Source of the DNA: Ranitomeya imitator
Lineage: Eukaryota
Length of the DNA stretch: 64,000 bases
Direction: 5' to 3'
Assembly (NCBI RefSeq): GCF_032444005.1
Contig: NC_091284.1
Location: forward strand, 803,954,001 to 804,018,000
Shown: positions 51,161 through 63,900 of the stretch, piece after piece
Numbering within the stretch: position 1 is the first letter of the stretch
Layout of the letters: each line of letters begins with the position of its first letter
The notes under the pieces: model-generated
What the model was told of the DNA's origin: nothing
The model's database searches: none
What the model saw: the letters and a program-made list of their open reading frames with translations, nothing else
Position numbers and translations under genes: made by a program

Positions 51161-51476
51161 AATTCAAACTGAAGAAAAGGACAGCGCCACACCGGATAGT
51201 GAAAAGCAGCTCACATATTTATTCTGCCTCCTGTGGCAACGTTTCGGTCCAAAGACTTTTGTCAAGCTTGACAAAGGTCTTCGGACCGAAACGTTGCCGC
51301 AGGAGGCAGAATAAATATGTGAGCTGCTTTTCACTATCCGGTGTGGCGCTGTCCTTTTCTTCAGTTTGGATTTGGATGTTCTGTCTGGGATGGACCCCCT
51401 GGTGAGGACGTGCGCCCCGATGTCCATAGAGACTATATAATTATAGGGTGCGGCTTTACTGCTTTCTTTGAAACTT
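51161..51476 (+). mobile_element. Second Penelope-like fragment with a spacer-less fold-back palindrome (2 x 108 bp)
   Basis: The palindrome at 51159-51374 is centred on AAG|CTT (51266/51267), with 4 mismatches. It contains TTGACAAAGGTCTTCGGACCGAAACGTT and AATAAA (51310-51315); a unique tail runs to 51476. Confidence 0.75.
51266..51297 (+). ncRNA. Variant hammerhead core (U3-A8 covariation, cUUCGg stem II); stem I truncated
   Basis: U3UGACAA9 at 51268-51274, extra A, GGUC-UUCG-GACC, GAAA at 51288-51291, CGUU. Only 2 bp of stem I (GC/GC) remain, because the inversion point lies 2 nt upstream. Confidence 0.55.
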
Positions 51477-52545
51477 CCAACCTCTATACAGACCTCAGGC
51501 CAGACTCACCCTCTATACAGACCACAGGCCAGACCCACACTCAATACAGATCCGAAGCCAGACCCACCCTCTATACAGACCTCAGGCAAGATCCATCTTC
51601 TATAAAGACACCAGGCTAGACCCACCCTCAATACAGATCCCAGGTCAGTACCTCCTGAATACTGAACCCACACCAGACTTCCTAGTATACAGACCCTATG
51701 TGACACCAACCCATCTAAAGAAACCAGAACTGACCCCAATTGATCAACTAAGGTTTGCAAATGAATATAAATGTTGCGGTCTAGAAAACACAGAAATAAC
51801 TGTACATGCCTTTGGTAGAATGCATATTTGGATCATTTTGGGATGTGGCATTAATATTAAAGGGATGGGCAAAGATCTGAATACTGGCCCTTTTGCATTC
51901 ATGACAAATTCTCCTTGAGGAACGTTCTATAATATAGGCATGTACAATGTACATCTTACCTGCTATTAATTTGGTTCTACAATGAAGGTGTAGATACCAT
52001 CATTGACTGCAGCTTGGCTACACTGTCTATTGGAGTCTTTGGTAGTCTAAAATCTTTCTCCAGTCTCTTGAGGCTTATGAGTTTGCTCTACATCTCCTTC
52101 GGCTGGCCTTTACCTGTCCCACCCCTGCTTTAACTTCATTTTCAAAAAATACATAGTATGTTGCTGACATTAAAACTCCTCAAGGTAATTTATACAGAAT
52201 AGGTCTTGCCATGTTATAGTCGGAGCGACTGAAAGTCCCTAAGCTTGGCACTATGGATTTCACTAAGATGTCCTTTAAACTGTGTTTCCTTGTCATTTGC
52301 TTGCTGTTTCCCAACCATGATTCAGGGGGTTTCTCAAAATATAGTCAAAACTTCTTTGGACGATCACATTGAAGGAAAGCTACAAGATGTTTGACATATG
52401 AGTCGGAAAGTGTAGAAATTAGAAAGTAATGTTTTGGTGTCCCCTCATCTAGTATCTTTGAGTTAGAGGTTGGAACGAAGGATTCAAAGTTTCCCCAGTG
52501 GAGATGAACTTAAGAACGTGCATGACCTTAATTAGGTTCACTCAC

Positions 52546-52779
52546 CAACATCGGGGTCATTAGCCTGCACTCTCGTCAGCAAAGCTTTGGTGACCGTATT
52601 CTCGTAGACACTGGCAGTGTAATAATCAGCCGAGAAGACTGGAGGGTTATCATTGACATCTTCCAGAATTAAACGGATTTCAGACTGGCAAAACCTTCCT
52701 CCCCCATCCGTGGCTCGAGCAATTAAATTGTATACTGGAATCTTCTCGCGGTCCAAGGGGGCCAAGGTCTTCAGCTCAC
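52546..52779 (-). CDS. FAT3: FAT3 coding exon, 234 bp (phase 1-1)
   Basis: (G)[77 protein letters not shown](G). Acceptor ttgcag, donor GTGAGT. Confidence 0.97.
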
Positions 52780-53199
52780 CTGCAATTGTTTGGAAAAATA
52801 AAAGATGACAGCTCAGCTTGTAGCATATGTCCCGTTCCATCTCTCCTGTGGCTGCCACCAGCAACGCACACAATTTTCATTCTAGGTCTTCGCGAAGAGG
52901 AAGCCAATTAAGCCCGGACTGGAAAGGGACAACGTGTTTTCAGAATCAGACCCAAAAGATTTTGATAGTTTTGTAAGATTATTCTCTGACTCTCACCGGC
53001 TTTATCTTCTCAGCATTTAATTAAAAAACATGAGATCAGCCAAATGCAAAAGACAGAGGTTGGTTAACAGCTCCTTAAAATCCCAGAAGTTAAAAAAAAT
53101 ATGGGCAGACTGCCAGGCTCGTAAATGTGCGTTTTTTTTGTTTTATTTTTTTATACTTTGATCACTCACTCAAATTTGTTCACCAAGCAAAACAATTTG

Positions 53200-54000
53200 C
53201 CCCTTTTAGTGACCGGGCAACATTTTACAAATCAGACGTGTCATTTTATTTGGCAATACCTCTGTAATGTTTTAACATTTCCCACTGAGTCTGAAACTAT
53301 TTTTTCATGACACGTTCTACTTTATGTTCACGGTAAACGTAAGCTGACAAGTTTTGTGTTTTTTTGTGAAAATATCAGAAATTTTCACGAAAATGTCGAA
53401 AAATTAGCGATTTTCACATTTTTAATATTTACACCCTTACCCAACCAGATCGTTATACCACAAGAAATAATGAATACATATAATTTGCCATGTGCTTACT
53501 TATGCCGCCATCATTTTTCAAATGCCCATTGATTTTGTTAGGATGTCTCGCAGCAATTTTTAATTTTTCATGGAAATTTACAAAACTTATATATATATTT
53601 TTAGAGACCTATTCAGTTTTAAAGTGACTTTGAGACACCATTTTAAAAATAACACCCCTATAAGTAATCAAAACTGCTGTCCGGTAGATTGCTAACCCTT
53701 CAGGTGCCTCACAAAAAGGGGAATGAATGGAATGAAAAATTATATATTTTTTTCCACTAAAATGTTGTCAACATCCTAAAAGGCTACCATAGTTCATAGA
53801 CCCTGAGGCCATTACCTGGCGACCATCGAGACCATACAATTGCGACCTCGTGGTGCCATTGGAGGTAACGAGGAAGCCCCCTCACTCTGTTGACCCCCTA
53901 AATGCCGCTGTCACTATAGACTGCAGCATATAGGGGTTTATACCACCATGATCAGTTTCATCACCGTCCATGGCCAATGCAGCAGGGCATCAACTATCGT
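53200..54000 (+). mobile_element. Diverged non-autonomous DNA transposon fragment (piggyBac-like CCC terminus)
   Basis: It starts CCCCTTTTAGTGACCGGGCAACATTTTACAAATC, which resembles from memory an abundant anuran repeat. The right end was not identified and a Dfam/Repbase search is needed. Confidence 0.4.
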
Positions 54001-54672
54001 ATAAATATGGCACCTAATATCTATTGGTAATCCATGATTAAGACTCTTGAGTTGGAACGCGTCAGATTTTTTACCACCCACTGCCTGTAATATGTTCTTT
54101 TAACAAAAGTAATAAAGGAATAATTTTTAGACTTACCTTCCTGCCTGAGATCGCTACTGTGCATTTGGCCTACTATATATTCACCCATCGGGGCACGCTA
54201 TTCTTTTATTTCTCAGGTCAATAAAAAGGCATATTGGTGGACATTAAATAGCTAAAGGGGTGTTCTCCAGGCATTTTCTTTATTATTTTTATATTTTATT
54301 ATGTTTTTAAATAGCTACAACCAGCTTCATACCCCATGAACAAGATTATGGACTGGCTTTAAATATCTGACTCTAATTGGAATTTCAAGAAAAATTTACA
54401 TTTTTACAAAAAAAAAAAAAAAAAAAGAATTTGCATTATTGGCCTCTCCTCAAGATCGTCAATCAATGTGTGATCGGTGGAAGTGTGACCACAGCAGGCT
54501 AAATAGAGAAGAGTATCCGGGTCCATCAGTGGTCCCGTTAGGTGCCCCATGGTGACGAAGCCCACACTAATAGGCCACCAGTGAGGTCACGTCCTCAGCA
54601 TACGTTCTTGGGGGAAAAAAACCCTTTACAAATATTTGGACACTTTCCTGCCCCGCTAGTATCTATACTTAC

Positions 54673-54826
54673 CACTTTCAGAATCTAAATAAAAGTTATC
54701 AGCACCAGCTCCGTGCAGAGAATAGCGGATCTCAGAGTTGATCCCAATGTCGGCATCTTTAGCACTGATTTTTAGAAGCATCTTATTGGGAGGAATGTCT
54801 TCCGGAAAGGAGGCTGCATTTACAAC
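54673..54826 (-). CDS. FAT3: FAT3 coding exon, 154 bp (phase 0 to 1); most 5' exon in the window, not in the ORF track
   Basis: [51 protein letters not shown](G). Acceptor tctccatag, donor GTAAGT. It joins in frame to GELKT. Confidence 0.95.
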
Positions 54827-54949
54827 CTATGGAGAGAAATGATACCATAAAATCACAATGGTGCACGGTCACAGTCTGTACGGAGGATCCTCCATGTAAT
54901 GCTGCTTATTTTGTGTAGCATATTCCGTGTAGCCACGCTTTTCTATTCC

Positions 54950-57900
54950 AGTCTATATAGAGCATGCTCTCAATAGCTCTGCCTGTTTAGTGTCTCTATA
55001 GACCATGCTCCCTGTAGTCCTGCATGTTCAGTGTCTCTATAGAGCATGCTCCCTGTAGTCCTGCATGTTCAGTGTCTCTACAGAGCATGCTCCCTGTAGT
55101 CCTGCATGTTCAGTGTCTCTACAGAGCATGCTCCCTGTAGTCCTGCATGTTCAGTGTCTCTATAGAGCATGCTCCCTGTAGTCCTGCATGTTCAGTGTCT
55201 CTACAGAGCATGCTCCCTGTAGTCCTGCATGTTCAGTGTCTCTACAGAGCATGCTCTCTGTAGTCCTGCATGTTCAGTGTCTCTACAGAGCATGCTCCCT
55301 GTAGTCCTGCATGTTCAGTGTCCCTACAGAGCATGCTCCCTGTAGTCCTGCATGTTCAGTGTCTCTACAGAGCATGCTCTCTGTAGTCCTGCATGTTCAG
55401 TGTCTCTACAGAGCATGCTCCCTGTAGTCCTGCATGTTCAGTGTCTCTAGAGAGCATGCTCCCTGTAGCCCTGCATGTTCAGTGTCTCTATAGAGCATGC
55501 TCCCTGTAGTCCTGCATGTTCAGTGTCTCTACAGAGCATGCTCCCTGTAGTCCTGCATGTTCAGTGTCTCTATAGAGCATGCTCCCTGTAGTCCTGCATG
55601 TTCAGTGTCTCTATAGAGCATGCTCCCTGTAGTCCTGCATGTTCAGTGTCTCTACAGAGCATGCTCCCTGTAGTCCTGCATGTTTAGTGTCTCTACAGAG
55701 CATGCTCCCTGTAGTCCTGCATGTTTAGTGTCTCTACAGAGCATGCTCCCTGTAGTCCTGCATGTTTAGTGTCTCTACAGAGCATGCTCTCTGTAGTCCT
55801 GCATGTTTAGTGTCTCTACAGAGCATGCTCTCTGTAGTCCTGCATGTTCAGTGTCTCTACAGAACATGCTCCCTGTAGTCCTGCATGTTTAGTGTCTCTA
55901 CAGAACATGCTCCCTGTAGCCCTGCATGTTCAGTGTCTCTACAGAACATGCTCCCTGTAGCCCTGCATGTTCAGTGTCTCTACAGAGCATGCTCCCTGTA
56001 GTCCTGCATGTTCAGTGTCTCTACAGAACATGCTCCCTGTAGCCCTGCATGTTCAGTGTCTCTACAGAGCATGCTCCCTGTAGTCCTGCATGTTTAGTGT
56101 CTCTATAGACCATGCTCTCTGTAGCCCTGCATGTTCAGTGTCTCTACAGAGCATGCTCTCTGTAGCCCTGCATGTTCAGTGTCTCTATAGAGCATGCTCC
56201 CTGTAGCCCTGCATGTTCAGTGTCTCTACAGAGCATGGTCTCTGTAGCCCTGCATGTTCAGTGTCTCTACAGAGCATGCTCCCTGTAGTCCTGCATGTTC
56301 AGTGTCTCTACAGAGCATGCTCCCTATAGTCCTGCATGTTCAGTGTCTCTACAGAGCATGCTCCCTGTAGTCCTGCATGTTCAGTGTCTCTACAGAGCAT
56401 GCTCCCTGTAGTCCTGCATGTTCAGTGTCTCTATAGAGCATGCTCCCTGTAGTCCTGCATGTTCAGTGTCTCTACAGAACATGCTCCCTGTAGCCCTGCA
56501 TGTTCAGTGTCTCTACAGAGCATGCTCCCTGTAGTCCTGCATGTTTAGTGTCTCTACAGAGCATGCTCCCTGTAGTCCTGCATGTTCAGTGTCTCTACAG
56601 AACATGCTCCCTGTAGCCCTGCATGTTCAGTGTCTCTACAGAGCATGCTCCCTGTAGTCCTGCATGTTTAGTGTCTCTACAGAGCATGCTCCCTGTAGTC
56701 CTGCATGTTCAGTGTCTCTACAGAGCATGCTCCCTGTAGTCCTGCATGTTTAGCGTCTCTATAGACCATGCTCTCTGTAGCCCTGCATGTTCAGTGTCTC
56801 TACAGAGCATGGTCTCTGTAGCCCTGCATGTTCAGTGTCTCTACAGAGCATGCTCCCTGTAGTCCTGCATGTTCAGTGTCTCTACAGAGCATGCTCCTTG
56901 TAGTCCTGCATGTTCAGTGTCTCTACAGAGCATGCTCCCTGTAGTCCTGCATGTTCAGTATCTCTACAGAGCATGCTCCCTGTAGTCCTGCATGTTCAGT
57001 GTCTCTATAGAGCATGCTCCCTGTAGTCCTGCATGTTCAGTGTCTCTACAGAGCATGCTCCCTGTAGTCCTGCATGTTCAGTGTCTCTACAGAGCATGCT
57101 CCCTGTAGTCCTGCATGTTCAGTATCTCTACAGAGCATGCTCCCTGTAGTCCTGCATGTTCAGTGTCTCTACAGAGCATGCTCAGTGTAACCCTGCATGT
57201 TCAGTGTCTCTACAGAGCATGCTCCCTGTAGTCCTGCATGTTCAGTGTCTCTACAGAGCATGCTCCCTGTAGTCCTGCATGTTCAGTGTCTCTACAGAGC
57301 ATGCTCCCTGTAGTCCTGCATGTTTAGTGTCTCTACAGAGCATGCTCCCTGTAGTCCTGCATGTTCAGTATCTCTACAGAGCATGCTCTCTGTAGTCCTG
57401 CATGTTCAGTGTCTCTACAGAGCATGCTCCCTGTAGTCCTGCATGTTCAGTGTCTCTATAGAGCATGCTCCCTGTAGCCCTGCATGTTCAGTGTCTCTAC
57501 AGAGCATGCTCTCTGTAGCCCTGCATGCTCAGTGTCTCTACAGAGCATGCTCCCTGTAGTCCTGCATGTTCAGTGTCTCTATAGAGCATGCTCCCTGTAG
57601 CCCTGCATGTTCAGTGTCTCTACAGAGCATGCTCCCTGTAGCCCTGCATGTTCAGTGTCTCTACAGAGCATGCTCCCTGTAGTCCTGCATGTTCAGTGTC
57701 TCTATAGAGCATGCTCCCTGTAGTCCTGCATGTTCAGTGTCTCTACAGAGCATGCTCCCTGTAGCCCTGCATGTTCAGTGTCTCTACAGAGCATGCTCCC
57801 TGTAGCCCTGCATGTTCAGTGTCTCTACAGAGCATGCTCCCTGTAGTCCTGCATGTTTAGTGTCTCTACAGAGCATGCTCCCTGTAGTCCTGCATGTTTA

Positions 57901-60900
57901 GTGTCTCTACAGAGCATGCTCCCTGTAGTCCTGCATGTTTAGTGTCTCTACAGAGCATGCTCTCTGTAGTCCTGCATGTTTAGTGTCTCTACAGAGCATG
58001 CTCCCTGTAGTCCTGCATGTTCAGTGTCTCTACAGAGCATGCTCTCTGTAGTCCTGCATGTTCAGTGTCTCTACAGAGCATGCTCCCTGTAGTCTTGCAT
58101 GTTTAGTGTCTCTACAGAGCATGCTCTCTGTAGTCCTGCATGTTTAGTGTCTCTACAGAGCATGCTCCCTGTAGTCCTGCATGTTTAGTGTCTCTACAGA
58201 GCATGCTCTCTGTAGTCCTGCATGTTCAGTGTCTCTACAGAGCATGCTCCCTGTAGTCCTGCATGTTCAGTGTCTCTACAGAGCATGCTCCCTGTAGTCC
58301 TGCATGTTCAGTGTCTCTACAGAGCATGCTCCCTGTAGTCCTGCATGTTTAGTGTCTCTACAGAGCATGCTCCCTGTAATCCTGCATGTTCAGTGTCTCT
58401 ACAGAGCATGCTCCCTGTAGTCCTGCATGTTCAGTGTCTCTACAGAGCATGCTCCCTGTAGTCCTGCATGTTTAGTGTCTCTACAGAGCATGCTCCCTGT
58501 AGTCCTGCATGTTCAGTGTCTCTACAGAGCATGCTCTCTGTAGTCCTGCATGTTTAGTGTCTCTACAGAGCATGCTCCCTGTAATCCTGCATGTTCAGTG
58601 TCTCTACAGAGCATGCTCTCTGTAGTCCTGCATGTTCAGTGTCTCTACAGAGCATGCTCCCTGTAGTCCTGCATGTTCAGTGTCTCTACAGAGCATGCTC
58701 CCTGTAGTCCTGCATGTTCAGTGTCTCTACAGAGCATGCTCCCTGTAGTCCTGCATGTTCAGTGTCTCTACAGAGCATGCTCCCTGTAGTCCTGCATGTT
58801 TAGTGTCTCTACAGAGCATGCTCCCTATAGTCCTGCATGTTCAGTGGCTCTACAGAGCATGCTCCCTGTAGTCCTGCATGTTTAGTGTCTCTACAGAGCA
58901 TGCTCCCTGTAGTCCTGAATGTTTAGTGTCTCTACAGAGCATGCTCCCTGTAGTCCTGCATGTTTAGTGTCTCTACAGAGCATGCTCCCTGTAGTCCTGC
59001 ATGTTTAGTGTCTCTACAGAGCATGCTCTCTGTAGTCCTGCATGTTCAGTGTCCCTACAGAGCATGCTCCCTGTAGTCCTGCATGTTTAGTGTCTCTACA
59101 GAGCATGCTCTCTGTAGTCCTGCATGTTTAGTGTCTCTACAGAGCATGCTCCCTGTAGTCCTGCATGTTCAGTGTTTCTACAGAGCATGCTCAGTGTAAC
59201 CCTGCATGTTCAGTGTCTCTACAGAACATGCTCCCTGTAGTCCTGCATGTTCAGTGTCTCTACAGAGCATGCTCCCTGTAGTCCTGCATGTTCAGTATCT
59301 CTACAGAGCATGCTCCCTGTAGTCCTGCATGTTCAGTGTCTCTACAGAGCATGCTCTCTGTAGTCCTGCATGTTCAGTGTCTCTACAGAGCATGCGCCCT
59401 GTAGTCCTGCATGTTCAGTATCTCTACAGAGCATGCTCCCTGTAGTCCTGCATGTTCAGTGTCTCTACAGAGCATGCTCCCTGTAGTCCTGCATGTTCAG
59501 TGTCTCTACAGAGCATGCTCCCTGTAGTCCTGCATGTTCAGTATCTCTACAGAGCATGCTCCCTGTAGTCCTGCATGTTCAGTGACTCTACAGAGCATGC
59601 TCCCTGTAGTCCTGCATGTTCAGTATCTCTACAGAGCATGCTCTCTGTAGTCCTGCATGTTTAGTGCAGCACGGTGGCGCAGTGGTTAGCACAGCAGCCT
59701 TGCAGCGCTGGGGTCGTGGGTTCTAATCCCACCCAGGACAACATCTACAAAGAGTTTGTATGTTCTCTCCGTGTTTGCGTGGGTTTCCTCCGGGTACTCC
59801 GGTTTCCTCCCACATTTCAAAAAGACATACTGATAGGGATTCTAGATTGTGAGCCCCAATGGGGACAGTGATGATAATGTGTGCAAAACTGTAAAGCGCT
59901 GCGGAATATGTTAGCGCTATATAAAAATAAAGATTATTATTATTAGTGTCTCTACAGAGCATGCTCAGTGTAACCCTGCATGTTCAGTGTCTCTACAGAG
60001 CATGCTCAGTGTAACCCTGCATGTTCAGTGTCTCTACAGAGCATGCTCCCTGTAGTCATGCATGTTCAGTATCTCTACAGAGCATGCTCCCTGTAGTCCT
60101 GCATGTTCAGTATCTCTACAGAGCATGCTCCCTGTAGTCCTGCATGTTCAGTGTCTCTACAGAGCATGCTCCCTGTAGCCCTGCATGTTCAGTATCTCTA
60201 CAGAGCATGCTCCCTGTAGTCCTGCATGTTCAGTGTCTCTACAGAGCATGCTCAGTGTAACCCTGCATGTTCAGTGTCTCTACAGAACATGCTCCCTGTA
60301 GTCCTGCATGTTCAGTATCTCTACAGAGCATGCTCCCTGTAGTCCTGCATGTTCAGTATCTCTTCAAAGCATGCTCCCTGTAGTCCTGCATGTTCAGTGT
60401 CTCTACAGAGCATGCTCCCTGTAGCCATGCATGTTCAGTGTCTCTACAGAGCATGCTCCCTGTAGTCCTGCATGTTCAGTATCTCTACAGAGCATGCTCC
60501 CTGTAGTCCTGCATGTTTAGTGTCTCTACAGAGCATGCTCAGTGTAACCCTGCATGTTCAGTGTCTCTACAGAGCATGCTCCCTGTAGTCCTGCATGTTC
60601 AGTGTCTCTACAGAGCATGCTCCCTGTAGTCCTGCATGTTCAGTGTCTCTACAGAGCATTCTCCCTACAGTCCTGCATGTTCAGTATCTCTACAGAGCAT
60701 GCTCCCTGTAGTCCTGCATGTTCAGTGTCTCTACAGAGCATGCTCCCTGTAGTCCTGCATGTTCAGTGTCTCTACAGAGCATGCTCCCTGTAGTCCTGCA
60801 TGTTTAGTGTCTCTATAGACCATGCTCTCTGTAGTCCTGCATGTTCAGTGTCTCTACAGAGCATGCTCCCTGTAGTCCTGCATGTTTAGTGTCTCTACAG

Positions 60901-63900
60901 AGCATGCTCCCTGTAGTCCTGCATGTTCAGTGTCTCTACAGAGCATGCTCCCTGTAGTCCTGCATGTTCAGTGTCTCTACAGAGCATGCTCCCTGTAGTC
61001 CTGCATGTTCAGTGTCTCTACAGAGCATGCTCCCTGTAGTCCTGCATGTTCAGTGTCTCTACAGAGCATGCTCCCTGTAGTCCTGCATGTTCAGTGTCTC
61101 TACAGAGCATGCTCCCTGTAGTCCTGCATGTTCAGTGTCTCTATAGAGCATGCTCCCTGTAGTCCTGCATGTTCAGTGTCTCTACAGAACATGCTCCCTG
61201 TAGCCCTGCATGTTCAGTGTCTCTACAGAGCATGCTCCCTGTAGTCCTGCATGTTTAGTGTCTCTACAGAGCATGCTCCCTGTAGTCCTGCATGTTCAGT
61301 GTCTCTACAGAGCATGCTCCCTGTAGTCCTGCATGTTTAGTGTCTCTATAGACCATGCTCTCTGTAGCCCTGCATGTTCAGTATCTCTACAGAGCATGCT
61401 CTCTGTAGCCCTGCATGTTCAGTGTCTCTATAGAGCATGCTCCCTGTAGCCCTGCATGTTCAGTGTCTCTACAGAGCATGGTCTCTGTAGCCCTGCATGT
61501 TCAGTGTCTCTACAGAGCATGCTCCCTGTAGTCCTGCATGTTCAGTGTCTCTATAGAGCATGCTCCCTGTAGTCCTGCATGTTCAGTGTCTCTATAGAGC
61601 ATGCTCCCTGTAGCCCTGCATGTTCAGTGTCTCTACAGAGCATGGTCTCTGTAGCCCTGCATGTTCAGTGTCTCTACAGAGCATGCTCCCTGTAGTCCTG
61701 CATGTTCAGTGTCTCTACAGAGCATGCTCCCTGTAGTCCTGCATGTTCAGTGTCTCTACAGAGCATGCTCCCTGTAGTCCTGCATGTTCAGTATCTCTAC
61801 AGAGCATGCTCCCTGTAGTCCTGCATGTTCAGTGTCTCTATAGAGCATGCTCCCTGTAGTCCTGCATGTTCAGTGTCTCTACAGAGCATGCTCCCTGTAG
61901 TCCTGCATGTTCAGTGTCTCTACAGAGCATGCTCCCTGTAGTCCTGCATGTTCAGTATCTCTACAGAGCATGCTCCCTGTAGTCCTGCATGTTCAGTGTC
62001 TCTACAGAGCATGCTCAGTGTAACCCTGCATGTTCAGTGTCTCTACAGAGCATGCTCCCTGTAGTCCTGCATGTTCAGTGTCTCTACAGAGCATGCTCCC
62101 TGTAGTCCTGCATGTTCAGTGTCTCTACAAAGCATGCTCCCTGTAGTCCTGCATGTTTAGTGTCTCTACAGAGCATGCTCCCTGTAGTCCTGCATGTTCA
62201 GTATCTCTACAGAGCATGCTCTCTGTAGTCCTGCATGTTCAGTGTCTCTACAGAGCATGCTCCCTGTAGTCCTGCATGTTCAGTGTCTCTATAGAGCATG
62301 CTCCCTGTAGCCCTGCATGTTCAGTGTCTCTACAGAGCATGCTCTCTGTAGCCCTGCATGCTCAGTGTCTCTACAGAGCATGCTCCCTGTAGTCCTGCAT
62401 GTTCAGTGTCTCTATAGAGCATGCTCCCTGTAGCCCTGCATGTTCAGTGTCTCTACAGAGCATGCTCCCTGTAGCCCTGCATGTTCAGTGTCTCTACAGA
62501 GCATGCTCCCTGTAGTCCTGCATGTTCAGTGTCTCTATAGAGCATGCTCCCTGTAGTCCTGCATGTTCAGTGTCTCTACAGAGCATGCTCCCTGTAGCCC
62601 TGCATGTTCAGTGTCTCTACAGAGCATGCTCCCTGTAGCCCTGCATGTTCAGTGTCTCTACAGAGCATGCTCCCTGTAGTCCTGCATGTTCAGTGTCTCT
62701 ACAGAGCATGCTCCCTGTAGTCCTGCATGTTTAGTGTCTCTACAGAGCATGCTCCCTGTAGTCCTGCATGTTTAGTGTCTCTACAGAGCATGCTCCCTGT
62801 AGTCCTGCATGTTTAGTGTCTCTACAGAGCATGCTCCCTGTAGTCCTGCATGTTTAGTGTCTCTACAGAGCATGCTCTCTGTAGTCCTGCATGTTTAGTG
62901 TCTCTACAGAGCATGCTCCCTGTAGTCCTGCATGTTCAGTGTCTCTACAGAGCATGCTCTCTGTAGTCCTGCATGTTCAGTGTCTCTACAGAGCATGCTC
63001 CCTGTAGTCCTGCATGTTTAGTGTCTCTACAGAGCATGCTCTCTGTAGTCCTGCATGTTTAGTGTCTCTACAGAGCATGCTCCCTGTAGTCCTGCATGTT
63101 TAGTGTCTCTACAGAGCATGCTCCCTGTAGTCCTGCATGTTCAGTGTCTCTACAGAGCATGCTCTCTGTAGTCCTGCATGTTCAGTTTCTCTACAGAGCA
63201 TGCTCTCTGTAGTCCTGCATGTTTAGTGTCACTACAGAGCATGCTCCCTGTAGTCCTGCATGTTCAGTGTCTCTACAGAGCATGCTCTCTGTAGTCCTGC
63301 ATGTTTAGTGTCTCTACAGAGCATGCTCCCTGTAATCCTGCATGTTCAGTGTCTCTACAGAGCATGCTCTCTGTAGTCCTGCATGTTCAGTGTCTCTACA
63401 GAGCATGCTCCCTGTAGTCCTGCATGTTCAGTGTCTCTACAGAGCATGCTCCCTGTAGTCCTGCATGTTCAGTGTCTCTACAGAGCATGCTCCCTGTAGT
63501 CCTGCATGTTCAGTGTCTCTACAGAGCATGCTCCCTGTAGTCCTGCATGATTAGTGTCTCTACAGAGCATGCTCCCTGTAGTCCTGCATGTTCAGTGGCT
63601 CTACAGAGCATGCTCCCTGTAGTCCTGCATGTTTAGTGTCTCTACAGAGCATGCTCCCTGTAGTCCTGCATGTTTAGTGTCTCTACAGAGCATGCTCCCT
63701 GTAGTCCTGCATGTTTAGTGTCTCTACAGAGCATGCTCCCTGTAGTCCTGCATGTTTAGTGTCTCTACAGAGCATGCTCTCTGTAGTCCTGCATGTTCAG
63801 TGTCCCTACAGAGCATGCTCCCTGTAGTCCTGCATGTTTAGTGTCTCTACAGAGCATGCTCTCTGTAGTCCTGCATGTTTAGTGTCTCTACAGAGCATGC

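Larger units (their letters stand above)
48040..51740. repeat. 29-bp degenerate minisatellite (CAGACCCCAGGCCAGACCCACCCTCTATA)n, interrupted twice by Penelope-like insertions
   Basis: Segments 48040-49163, 50196-51160 and 51477-51740. A higher-order block recurs near 48590 and 48764 (174 bp = 6 x 29). Confidence 0.95.

Noticed and set aside
59667-59740. Possible tRNA gene
   Set aside because: A and B boxes are present, but they are followed by the V-domain and L2-type tail with a TSD. It is a SINE head, not a cloverleaf tRNA.
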